Source of the DNA: Takakia lepidozioides
Taxonomy: Eukaryota; Plantae; Bryophyta
Length of the DNA stretch: 64,000 nt
Assembly: GCA_030704615.1 (NCBI GenBank)
Contig: CM060733.1
Location: forward strand, 45,694,001 to 45,758,000
Direction: 5' to 3'
Shown here: piece after piece, positions 37,418 to 50,142 of the stretch
Position numbering within the stretch: position 1 is the stretch's first letter
Layout of the letters: every line of letters starts with the position of its first letter
Program-made: the position numbers and the translations under genes
The notes under the pieces: generated by a model
The model's input: the letters and a program-made list of their open reading frames with translations, nothing else
The model's database searches: none
What the model was told of the DNA's origin: nothing

Positions 37418-39420
37418 ATGACATTTCATTTAGCCAGAGTGTTGAAAACTCCCTTCGCATCCTTAATGCACCCACATTTGGCATACATGTCCACCAGGGT
37501 AGTGTTCAGAATGACATCTAGTACAATTCTAGCTTTGACAATGTCACCATGGATTTCTTTCCTCTTTTCTAGAGTTCCCAGGCTTGCATATACATTGTGA
37601 ACACAAACAAATGTGATGTGGTTGGGCTTCACCCCTTCACGCAACATTTGCTCATAGGTCTCCAAAGTCATTCCTACCACACCCATGCTTGGTAAATCCT
37701 GCCAACATTATCACGTGATTAAAGTTCGTTGAGGCATTCTGTTGAATACTTGGTGAGCATCCATGATGCTCCCGCACTTACATGTTGACAAGGGTGTTGA
37801 GTAGAAAAACATTTGGTGTGAATCCACTTTGGATAATGTGAGTGTGCACCTCCTTTCCAGCTTCCAGACCTTCTATCTTGATGCACTTAAGCAAGAGACA
37901 GACATACGTATCTGAATCTGCTGAAATGCCTCGTTGGTTTGAAGTCTGTAGAGCCTCTGTCAGGCTGCCTGCCGCACAAAGTATCTTCACATGCCCAGAA
38001 GTGCCAGAAGAGGCATTGTGGACTCCCTCTCTTGATCATCTTTCAGAAACTGTGGTCATGGTTGAGGTGCCTGATTCTATCAACTGTGCCGCTGCAGCTG
38101 CTGCCTTTAGTTGACTATCTAGTACCTACGTAGGTTTATTGTAGCTATTGATCCACATGGAATCATAGGTCATCTAGAGCTTGAAGTCGGCCCTCTTGGA
38201 TGAAACTGTCCACCCATACATTATCCCTGCTCCTTCAGCTATCCATGCCTCTGCATAAATCATACATACATCTTTGCCTTGCAGCTATCAGCTGACAATA
38301 ACAGCCTAGATTTGTTCTAGGAAACACCCAACTCAACTTATCACTCTAGTTCATATCCTCAATTGCATCTGCTACTATCTGTAATCCAACAGGCATTCAC
38401 ATTTTGCCTCCATTGTCCCACCATTGACTGGGGTCAGAAAAGTATTCATTCCACAGCCTCTCCTCGTCTCTATTACATGTTTCTGGATACTTCCCTGTTG
38501 TCACATTGGCAGTATCATGTCAAAGTCACTCCAAACTATCAACGGTTCACTCAACCAACTAACTTGCAGAATTCAACATGAAAATTTAGGGCCGATTGTG
38601 ATAAGAGGGAAAAACAGGGTGAAATGTTTTGAAGAAGGTGCCTTCATTAGCAGTGCCTGAATTTGTCAATTGTACCGCTGTTGCTGCGGCTTCCAGTTGA
38701 CCATCTACCCATGCAGGTTTCTTGTAGTTATCCTTCCACAGGGAATCATAGATGATGTGGAGCTTGAAATCCGGCCCTCTTGGATGAATCTGGACCCACA
38801 TCTCAGGGTCGAATCTGATGAGAGGGCAAAACAGGCTGAAATAGGTCGAAGAAGAAGGTGCCCTCACCACATTGTCCTTGACCTTGTTTCATGACCCATG
38901 GAGACTTGCTAGCAGCTGACACTGACCAACCCAATTCTGAATTGCATTTGCTTATCTTTGTAGTCCAACATGCATTCATTTTTTTTGTCTCCATTGTTCC
39001 ACCATTGACTGGGGTCGGAAAAGTGTTCATTCCAAAGCTTGTCAGGGCCGAGTCTGATGAAAAGGCAAAACAGGCTGAAATAGGTCGTAGAAGAAGGTGC
39101 CCTCACCACATTGTCCTTGATCTTGTGTCATGACCCATGGAGGATTTGGCCGACCATCAACCCAAAAGGACCTCTGTGTGTGCTGTTTGTGTCTGTAGTC
39201 AGGTAATGTCCGATTGTATATGAGAACCACCACGATGTAGTTGAGCAGTCAGAGATTGAAACACGGCCTGCTAAGACCAAGCTGATTCTCCTACGAACCT
39301 TGTAAACATCAGGAAGAATACCAAATCATGATACTAAGAGCCCCCATTTGCAGGATGGACAAACCTCTTCACATCGTACATTATAAAAAGCCACACCTTG
39401 CGACTGCGGTTGTCCCACCA
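37418..39420 (-). pseudogene. 5' part of the interrupted PDF-PLS-PPR gene, with duplicated PDF-motif exons
   Basis: PPR start (DTYVCLLLKC...NTLVNM). PDF-like KLWNEHFSDPSQWW / IHPRGPDFKLHIIYDSLW...KPAWVDGQL present twice. Inverted homologue of ~61190-62700. Confidence 0.85.
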
Positions 39421-39545
39421 TCTGTTGCGAGAGCTCCTGCTGTGTACTCATAATCTCTGAACGTCTCCATCTGCGAATCATGATCGGCCTGTGAAATCCC
39501 TTCTGCGGTTCAAGAAATCAAGAAACGGGGCAGTTTGGGCACATT

Positions 39546-40222
39546 TGAAACACTTGGCGCAAAATTCTATTGGCGTTTTTCGGGCGAGTAATCCGGGCAG
39601 ATTCCAAAGAATTTGACGATAAAATGTGGTGACGATGACGTGATGACGATGACGTGGCGATGAAAACGTGGCACTTTGGCACCCTATATCTGCTCTGCGC
39701 TAAACTAGCTTTCGACCTTCGGTCGTCGCTAGAACTGATCAAAATGAGTTAAGGAGGGCATGGGATGGGTCATGGGAATATGGAGCATAGGGAGCGCATG
39801 GATGGCGGATGTGGAGCATGGAGGTGCATAGAGGCTCGCTATGGCGGCCATAGCATGGCATTGGCCTCATGGAGGCTGGAGTGCAGTTAATGCTGGGGCC
39901 ACATGAGGAGCCATTAATGTGGACCCCACATTCCTGTCACTCATGTACTTTTGAGTTTGAACTGTACTAGAAGAGAGAGTTTGAGGATTCTAAGTAGCTT
40001 CATTTGTCTCTGAGTTCGAGTGGTGAGTTGTTCTCTTATTCTTCTAATGACGGTGAACTTTAGATTATAACGTTGTGCATTGACCTTGGATTGACTCTGC
40101 TAGTCCAAGGGAAGATTCATGCTTCACTCAACAAGGTGTTTCCAAGATGGAATTGAATGGGCCCGTGGGCTGAACCCAGGGTGATCCTGCTATTTGCAGA
40201 ATTATTCACTTGGGTATCTACA
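39546..40222. repeat. Probable solo LTR or LTR fragment
   Basis: TG...CA bounded segment whose distal 250 bp match 18540-18790; no convincing TSD. Confidence 0.4.
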
Positions 40223-41799
40223 AATTACACATATCATATATTGGTTCTCCACACCACAGTCTTTTCAAGACATTCATTTCTGAATCAGCTGGAGCTTGTA
40301 GATTCCTCGCCTTGAGCCAGTACATTGTTGGAGAAAAGAAATGTTGTTGAATCGTGATTTCATATTTTAGTTTATTTGACGCAGAAGCAGGTTCAATGCA
40401 TTTCAGACTAGTTTGTTGGTCGTTGATGATTTGGATGAAGTGTTTAGAGATCGTTGTACTGCTCTGATGCCCTATCATATTAGTAGCTGAGTGTCTGCTG
40501 AGGCATGGCCTAATGGTGTAGTGTTGGGATGGGGCCTTGACAGCATCGAAGGATGACGTTCTCATTGGCTCTAAGTACTCTTTGTTCTGAGATTTGCATC
40601 TTCCGCCCACCAGCTACAGCACTTGTTTGTTAATGGGAAGAAGAGTGATTCAGGGGTGCTTTTGTCTTGACCACCCACGCGATATGACCGCCATTACCCC
40701 AGCATATAGTTCGGACTCATCCGGTAATTACTGTCAAAGGGCGAATTCAAAGAGTTCAGCTTTTTACCAGTGTGTTAAAACGATTCATCCTGGAAGGCCA
40801 CCCGCAAGCAGTGCTCAGTGTACAGCCTGAACCCCCTTCCAAGCTGGGACTGCCCAGGGCTCTTTCTGTTGTAGACTTTAATCACAAATGGCCATTGGGC
40901 CCCGGAACTCATGAATCTCAAGATGTCTGGTTAAGTCCCAGCCACCCAGGCATTGTTCCCTCATGTCTTTAGACCTCCTTGCCTTTGCCAATATGCTCAT
41001 GGCTTCTCTATGCTCAAAACACACAGACAGACAGAGAGCTAACAAAGGCACGCGTGCTTTCATCTGGACACCCTATTTCATTTGTTCCACAATCTGTCAT
41101 CTAACATCCAAGCACCCCTCGGGGTGTCGATGAATGAAACCAGCAGTCAATGTAACATTTCAGGAATTGAAGAGCATGGACCATAGAGCAGGACCTGCCC
41201 TGCCAGATATGAAGTATGATGCTAGAAGGAATACATTGAGAGCAAGACCACCCGAGCCCCAATCAAAAGAGGCCAATGGCCTAAGCTTATCTACCGTGAC
41301 CATTGCTTTAGTAGTCATGACCACCTTGAACCCCAACCGGACAGAAAGTCGAGTGGTATCCACACTGACTAAGAAGCCTGCAACTCTGTAGAATGGGTGC
41401 TACATAGTACAGCATGGTTTGGTTGTCTTGTGACACGCTGAAAGAAGACGATCCCAAATTAATGCACTGGGAAAAGTCCAACAAGCAACTTATGTTGTCT
41501 TGTTGCCCTTCACACACATTACAAATTGGTCCAGTTGTTTTCCAGTCTCTCAGTTGGGTTAAAGATGAAGTTGCCTTTGCTTTCAGATTGGGCAGGCTAT
41601 CCTTGCCTTGCACAGGCTATGAACAACCTTGCCATGAAATTCAAGTCTCTGTACTTGTCACATGGCAGCATGGTCCACCATTCTGTCCTCCATGCTCCCC
41701 TTTCCTAGTACATTTTTTTTTGCTGTGCTTTTGCTGTGTCCTTCTCCAGTAAATCTGCTTGACTTGCAGAGGTAGGATTCAATGCCAACTCATTCCCCT

Positions 41800-42790
41800 G
41801 CACATCATCTTCCATGGACCCTGTGAAGTAAGTCCCTTTTAGGTCTTGCAGTTGCTGACCCTCCCTTATGCATCATCAGCATAGAGAAGTGCTGACTGCG
41901 TTGGCCCCAATCCAAAAGCACCCCAACTCCATTAATTTTTGAAATGTAACCTTCCAGAGCGTCTATGTAGATCCCGAAAAGGGCAGGTGAGAGGGGGCAG
42001 CCCTGTTTGACCCCAACGTTGCTATGCACCTCTTCTGAGAATTCCCCTGCGACTTTGACCATGCCAATGACTATTTCATCCATGGATAAGATGGCATATA
42101 TGATGTCCGAAGGGCCTCCATCCTGTGGAGCCGTTGGAGAAGGTCTTGAGGAACCAAATCGACAGCCTTTCGAAAGTCTACTAAACAAACATACACCATT
42201 TTTTCGTCATAGCTTGCATGTTCCACCATAGTCTGAAGGGTAAAAATGTGGTCAAGGGTGGATCGGTTGCGACGGAAGCCTGCTTGCCCAATTGCACGCA
42301 CGTGAGAGGATACAGCCCAATCATCCAGTTCCATAGCCACTACGCCCCAAACAGTTTAGCCAACAAGGAGCCTGCGAGCCTGTCACCACTCTTTAAGAGG
42401 GGGTGGATGATGCTCTTTGTCCACTCGGTTGGAAAGCCATATTGCACAGCTTCATTGAAGAGATGCGCTATAAATGGGGCCAAAGTCGTTGCCACGTGCT
42501 TGATGAATTCACTTTGTAACCCTGATATATCCAATGCCCTGCCATTTTGCAGCTTCTTGACTGCCTTACTGACATTGGTGGTAGTGAAGAAAGAGAAGTG
42601 CAGGGGTTTGGAGGTTACGGGAACGGGAGATTGGCTTGGGGAGTGATACAATGACTGAGCGTACTCATGCCAAACGTGAATGTCTGTGATTGGGGGTGGG
42701 CCTCTGTGAGGTTTAAGGAGGGACCAAAAGGAAAGAGGAGAAAGCCTAATCTTTGCAAGGAAAGTAGATTGCAGCTTAAGAGTGTAGGGT
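41800..42790 (-). mobile_element. Degenerate RTE-like non-LTR retrotransposon RT fragment
   Basis: FPTEWTKSIIHPLLKSGD, QAGFRRNRSTLDHIFTL, VDFRKAVD, GVKQGCPLSPALFGIYIDAL. Confidence 0.85.
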
Positions 42791-42923
42791 CACTTTTTGG
42801 ATCTAATGAGGGACTTGTAGTGCTTGAGAGCTAGGTTTGTAGATTGTGGAGAGAAATGGACAAGACAAGACCATGATCACTAAGTCAATGTCTTGTGAGA
42901 CTTCGTTGCTTGTACAGTAATAA

Positions 42924-45900
42924 TCACCAGTAATCACCACAAGAACACACCCCATTCTTGAAGTGATGAAAGCGGGTGGCATCCCTTGCAACAATGTCTC
43001 GCCTGGCAATCTTAGAGATGAACTTGGTGGCATTGTGGCAATCCCCACATACCCGAAGGTTCTTGATTATGCGGATAGGTGTCCCAGGGGGAGTGCTGAT
43101 TAGCCCAAAAGCGATAGCCAGCTTTTCGCTGTGGTAGCAAAGAGCCTGTTCCTTTGCCTGCTGATGCATATCATGCAAGACAAAGCGTGTGTCTGGAACA
43201 TATCCTGCCTCCTTCATCTCCATTGACAATCTCTCCAACTCAGCATAGATTTTTTCGGATTGTGGGTGTGATCTATCTTCTGCAATAAATGAATGTAACT
43301 TATTCTTGATTACAATCCAGCTGCGCCCTGGCTCCTTCTTCACACCGACATCCTTCATTAGTTTCCTCACCCTTGCTATAGCATCCCACCTCCCAGCAGC
43401 AGCATAGATGTTTGAAAGCAGCACATAGACTGCAGCATCTTGTGGATCCAACTTGAGAACACAATCTGCAGCACGTTCTGCTATCTCCACATTACCATGG
43501 ATTCTGCAGGCACCAAGCAACGCCCCCCATACCGAAGCATCTGGTTCGAATGGCATTTTTTTGACAAAGTCCTCAGCCTCATCCAGGTGCCCTGCACGGC
43601 CAAGAAGGTCAACCATGCAGCCAAAATGCATCTCTGTTGGTGTGATGCCATGATCTCTGCTCATAGAGCAGAAGTAATGATGGCCTTCGTGCACTAGACC
43701 CGCATGGCTGCAGGCAGAGAGAACACCAATGAAGGTGACATCGTCTGGCTTCACACCTTCCTGTTGCATGTCTTCATAGAGTTTGAGGGCCTCCTTAGCA
43801 TGCCCATGCTGGGCATATCCACTGATCATTGCAGTCCATGAGATCACATCTCGTTTGAAAATCTTGTCGAATACTTGCCGTGCATCTCCTACACTCCCGC
43901 ACTTGGCATACATGTCAACAAGAGCATTACACACTCGGAGGTCTGACTCCAATCCGGATTCCACAATGAGGGCGTGGACCCATTTTCCCTCTTGCAGGGC
44001 TACTAGGTTGGCACATGCGTTGAGAATGATCATGAAAGTGACCTTGTCATTCTGGACACCTTCTCTTTTCATTTGCTGAAAGAGTTCAAATGCCTCTTGT
44101 GCATGACCTTGCTGAGCTAATCCTGCAATCATCCCATTCCATGAGATCACATCGCGCTTGGGCAATTTTGCAAACACTTCCCGTGCATCCTCCACACCCC
44201 CGCACTTGCAATACATGCTGACGAGGGCATTCCCGACACTGACATTTGACTGAAATCCAGCTCTGATGATGCCCTTATGAAGCTGCTTGCCCTGCTCCAG
44301 CAACAATGGACTGGAACATGCATTCAGGATGCTCAAGAAAGTGACCTTATCTGACTTCACACCTTCTCTTTGCATCTGCCTAAAAAGATCAAATGCCTCC
44401 TCAGCACACCCTTGCTGGGCACATCCTGCAATAATCGCATTCCATGAGATCACATCTCGCTTGGGGAGTTTGTCAAACACTAGGTGAGCATTCCCAACAC
44501 TTCCGCACCTGCAATACATGCTGCACAGGGCAGTTCCCACCTGGACATCGGAGTCCAATCCAGCTTTGATGATGCTCGCATGGAGCTGCTTGCCCTGTTC
44601 CAGCTGTGCTAAACCGGCAAATGCAGTCAAGAGGCTAATAAAAGTCACCTTGTCTGCCTTCACACCTGCTTGTTGCATGTGCTGAAAGTGTTCAAATGCC
44701 TCTTCAAAGCTCCCCTGTTGAGCTACTCCTGTCATCAGTGCATTCCAGGAAATCACATTTCGCTTAGACACATTGGCGAAGACTTCACGTGCATCCACCA
44801 CACTCCCACACTTGCAATACATGCTGATAAGGGCATTCCCCAATTCAAGGTCTGAATGAAGTCCAGCTTTTACAATGCCCACATGAAGCCGCTTGCCCTG
44901 CTCCAGTGCTCCAGGGCTAGTACAGGCGTTCAGGATGCTGATGAAAGTGACCTTGTCTGCCTTCACTCCTTCTCCTTGCATTTGCCAAAAATATTCAAAT
45001 GCCTCTTCATTATGCCCTTGCTGAGCTAATCCTGAAATCATTGCATTCCATGAGATCACGTCTCGCATAAGCATTTTGTCAAACACTTGGCGTGCATCCA
45101 CCACACTCCTGCACTTGCAGTACATGGTGACAAGGGCATTCCCCAATGAGACATCTGACTGAAATCCAGCTTTAATAATATCTGCATGGAGCTGCTTGCC
45201 CTGTTCCAGAGCTCCTGGGCTGCACATGCATTCAGAATGCTGATGAAAGTGACAATGTTTGGAGCCGTGCCATCTCGTTGCATTTGCCTAAAGAGTTCCA
45301 ATGCCTCTTCAGCGTGCCCTTGCTTAGCTAACCCTGCAATCATAGCTGTCCATGATATCACATTCCGTTTAGGCATTTTGTCAAACACTTGACGCGCATC
45401 CACCAATCTTCCGCTCTTGCAATACATGCTGACAAGGGCAGCCCCCACTCTGACATCTGATTCAAATCCAGCTCTGATGATGCCCGCATGGATCTGCTTG
45501 CCATGTTCCAAGGCTACCGGACCAGCACATGCGTTCAGGATGCTCATGAAAGTCACGTTGTCTGCCTTCACTCCTTCTCGTTGCATCTGCTCAAAGAGTT
45601 CAAATGCCTCTCCACCATGACCTTGCTTAGCTAATCCTGCAATCATCGCAGTCCATGAGATCACATTCCGTTCAGGCATTTTGTCGAACACTTGGCGAGC
45701 ATCCGCAACACTTCCACAATTGCAATACATGCTGACAAGGGTGTTTGCCAGGAAGATGTTCAACTCAAATCCACTTTTGACGATGTGGGCATGGATCCCC
45801 TTGCCATCTGCGAGGGCCTTCGTCTTTCCAACCCCCTGCAAGAGACGAGCGCAGGTCTCGGAATATGCCCAAAAGCCTCGTTGCTCCATCACATCCAAAA

Positions 45901-46105
45901 GATGCATCGCCTCTTTGAAGCGTTCCTTGTCGCACACTGAGGCTATATTCCCACCAGTACTCAAACTGTCCTTCTTGCTCCATTGCCCCCTTGCTGTAGT
46001 TTCTTGTACTGCGTTTAAAACAGCGGATGTGCCGAAAGTTATACACGTGCACCCACTGGGTTGCCAAACACACAATTGGGTCTGATTCCGGACATGAAAC
46101 CTCAC
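42924..46105 (-). CDS. PLS-E-DYW PPR protein (organellar C-to-U editing factor type), one 1-nt frameshift near 45220; 5' end uncertain
   Basis: Regular P-L-S triplets, PGRSWI PG box, HSEKLA, CGDCH, terminal CSCGDYW. Confidence 0.92.
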
Positions 46106-47349
46106 TGCCCTGCATGATAAACATACCAGAGATCAATGCCAGATTCTGCAGCCTCTTCCGTCCCATCTCTTCGCAGGGAATAACATACATGCACAAGTTG
46201 TAATGCTGTGGTATTGTTTACCTTCACCCTACATACGAGAGGGGTGGAAGAGGAGCATACCAAATCCTGCAGCAGACTTTTCTTTGAAAGCTCATTACAA
46301 AACGACGAGCATCTGGAACCTGTTCGGCACCGAGTGTTGGGCGTGGAAAGGCTGCATGATGCACTCCGTGCTTAAAAGCCTGCCCACTCTCAAGACTACA
46401 AACAAAGTTTAAATTTTGTTCGACACTAACGTCTCCACACTTACCTTCTTTCTTGACTTGACGCAGCCTAACTCTGGCTCTACAGTTGGCGTTGCCATGG
46501 CGGTGCACGCAGTAGTCCTACTGGGATTCTTCTGAAAGAAACGGTTCATGAAGATCGATGTCATCTCTTCAAGCTGCAGCACGGAATGGCACTAGGTCTC
46601 CACGAAGTGCAGCCAACATTTCCGATCACATCTTTGGTTGTAGGATTCATTTTTGTCTCGACTACATTAGATTTCTGTATACAAGTGGTTCTATTACAAG
46701 GGAAGGTCCGCTGAATGCATACGTCCTCCATGTTGCTTTCGGCGACGTGAGGAGCGGGCATGAGCAGCTCTCAAATGGTGACTCAATCGTGGTCTGCAAG
46801 TTGCACATCAGGGACACGCACAGCATTGCCCGTCAGATGAGAGAGACTGAATGTTCTCGTTGACAGATCTCTCTTCCAGACCTTACACACTTTCAAAGAA
46901 ATCTTCTTCCCAAGGACCATGTCACCATCGCAGGCAAGGTGAGATGATGCACTTTGGGGCAAATGGCGAGGCAGATTTTTTTCTTTTTCTTTGGAAATAG
47001 TCTTCCTAGAACACAAGATTTTCCATGATCTTCTGCATGCTTCTGTACTGCATGACATAAGGTGGTGGATCAGAAGTGGGCATAGCCTCTGTATTGCAAC
47101 GAGGATTCTTGCGATTAGTGTAACTATTATGTCCCATGATCTCAGGATCTTACAAAAGCCCTTGCTGGCAGGTGCAAAGGTGGTGGTGCTAGACAGAGTC
47201 AGGCACATGAAGATGAGCCCAAAGGATCTTTCCTTTCCCTGACGCGACTCTCCAGAATCCCACCAGGTCCCAAATCTCTCACCCCTACACATGTATGTGG
47301 GCTTGCACTGCCAGTCACACTACCACAAAGCACAGAGTTTTCGACATTA

Positions 47350-48560
47350 CAACTTCACCTATGAATCACCAAGGTGTCCTCCTTCCAATTGAAAAGCATT
47401 AGTCCTTTATGCACGCCCAACACTGTTTTCATTTCATCACCAAAAATCCTCATAAGCACACAGTCCATTGTTGGAGAGATGAAATCTGCAAAATTCCCTG
47501 CCCGACAATCTTTGTGAGGAACTTGGTGGCAGTATGACAATCCCCACATACCCTAAGGTTCTTGAATATTTGAAGAGGTGTCCAAGGGAGTGTGATGAGC
47601 CCAAATGTCCCGCCTCATGGTGTGGTAGAATACATCCTGTTTCCTCATTGTCTTGTCCACTTCATGCAACAGAAAGCATGTTTCAGGCTCATCAAGCTCA
47701 CATCTCGCTGCCTCCATCTGCCTAGCCAATTACAAGTCATCTGCCGGATGCAACATAGTATTGAAGGCATTTATCCAATAGCATCTTGTGGTTCCAACTT
47801 AAAGAGATGCTAGCATTATCTGCTACCTACAAAATTGCTGTTGATTCTGGCACCAAGCAATGAACCCAATACCAAAGCATCACTTAAAATGGATTTTTTG
47901 TTGATAAAGTCCTCTATGTGCATTCCTACAGGCGTGATGCCACAGAGAGGAAGAGATGATGCCCTTCCTCCACATGGCCCTACAGAGATACATGCTACTT
48001 ATAACTGACATAGACTGGCCTCACTGCTCCCTGATGCATTTGTTCAAAGAGTTGGGAGGCCTCCTAACCAAAACCATGTTAAGCACATCCAATGATAGCC
48101 ACATACCACAAGCTTGTTCGAGAATGTCGTCCAACATTTTGCCATTTCCCCCCCAAGCTTCCACACTCGGCACTTGGAAATTTGAGACAGATCCAGATTT
48201 CATGATGAGGGCATGGATGCACTTGCCCTCTTCAATAGCTGCTCTGTTGGCGCAAGCATTGAGGATGACAAAGAAAGGTACTCCATTGACTGTGTGACTT
48301 CGTTTGCTGGAAACATTGAAAAGCCTTCTTACAATGCCCATGCCGAACCAGACCTGCAAGCAAATATATAGTCCATCATACCACATCTTGTCGAACAGTA
48401 GGTGCATCCATCAAGGTCCGTACTTGCATTGCATGCTGATAAGAGCATTCCGGACCCAAATCTAAGTCCAATCCAAGCCTTCAACAATGCCCACATGGAG
48501 CTGTTTGTCCTGTCCCAGATGTGCTGCCTGTCCACACTCAGAATGCCCATGTAAGGTACC
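47350..48560 (-). pseudogene. Highly degraded PLS-DYW PPR relic
   Basis: [14 protein letters not shown] remnant at ~47520-47580; ILNACANRAAIEEGKCIHALIMKSG at ~48200-48270. Confidence 0.75.
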
Positions 48561-50142
48561 TTTTTGCCTTCAAGTCTTCACAAGAGAGCATATGGCCAAG
48601 ACTCTCATGGCTCCATAATTTCCTGCTTCAATCCCCCTTTCTGCCACATTGTGCTCAGGTCCCCACTAGTTCCACAAGGTTTCCTTGTTTCTATGTTGCT
48701 CCTCTATTCAGAACTATTCTTAGTGAACGGGCACAGATACCAGAAGACCTTGCATTGCTTGTCGATGGCGGACATGCCTGTCAGCAACAGTTGTGCAGGT
48801 GGAGAGAGGTTGGCCATCGACATCCAATGCAACTTTTTCCGAAATCCCTCCCAGTTCATCAAGAATAGCTATGGTGCAATCGATAGTCATCCCTTTGCTG
48901 GCAGCAATGTTGTCCACTTTGAGGGTCCCGGCTCGAACTTCAATCCTATCCTCTATGGCGAATATACTGAGCAATCTCTGCTCATTCTCTGCCAGCTCAT
49001 GGTTCTGAGCATTTCTTGAGCCAAATGGTGGCGCAAGTCGTCATGGTGTGCAGAAGCAGGAGAGAGCACCAAGAAGGGATAAGAAAGAGAAGACCGGCAG
49101 CTAGGCCAGACACACCACCTAATCTTCTTGTGGAGATTAGTGTAGACAAGAAGAAACAGGAAGCCTACCTAGGGGTGGCATGTAAAGACTGCTGCAGCGA
49201 GAGAGCAGCCGTGGAAGACCAAGAGAGAGAGACAATTGCAAGCCAAGCGGGAAACTGAGTCACCAAAGTTTCGACTCGGACCGAACCTGCACGGACAGGC
49301 TCGGTACAACTGTGCCGAAATACTTTTTGTCATGGCAAGACCTAACTCTCACCTGAAAAGTCCAACCCACCCTGGAAGAAGCCAGTGTACTAGCTAATCT
49401 ATGCTTGATTCCGTCTTTTGGTTCTTAGATTAGCTTTGCGGCCTTCCAGATTTTCCAAAGACCTATCAACATCTCTTTCAAAAATCACCTCAGAAATGAA
49501 ATTCAAGAAGGGTCCTTCAAGGCACTAAATACTCTCAATACTCTTGAAGAGTCTTTTCAGGACGTGCACAGATCAACTCAGTCCCTCAGACGAACACCCA
49601 TAATGTGGACACCATCCTCCATTACCCTGGGTATCAAATTCTCTCCTCCGACCCCTCAGCATTTCTACAACTGTTCCCAGACGGGCTGCAATGGTGTCCC
49701 GTCCAGCTACAGATTCGATGCCAAAACTTCAGCAACACATACTTGTCCACCTCTGACATAGTCAAAGATGGTTCAGGTGGATTACAAGTAAATGAAACCA
49801 GCTCGGTATAAGTTGTATAACCTACCACATTTAGTATGAAAATCAACGCAGCTTGATGCTTGTTCAAAAGACACCCCTTCTTTGCTGCAAAACATTCAAC
49901 CTCCAGAGCTTCAGGGTAATCTTCTGCATAATCTGTGGAGTCCTCCACAACAAGGTACTCTTTCACTGCTGCTGTTCAGTCACGATTATCACCACAGGCC
50001 AAAAAGCGAGAGAGCAGAGGTGACTCCAGCACTACATCACAAATTATTTTCTTTTCGACTTCGCTCTTAGTTTTCAAAAAACGGGGACAAATTATGACCT
50101 TCACATCCTCCCAATTGAACTGATGCACATTTTCTTATGGTT

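Noticed and set aside
40226-41760. Continuation of the RTE element or a plant-mobile-domain gene
   Set aside because: Fragments such as FDWGSGGLAL are ambiguous, with no coherent frame.
48564-49966. Kinase-associated N-terminal domain gene fragments on the - strand
   Set aside because: Protein-like short ORFs but no diagnostic motif.
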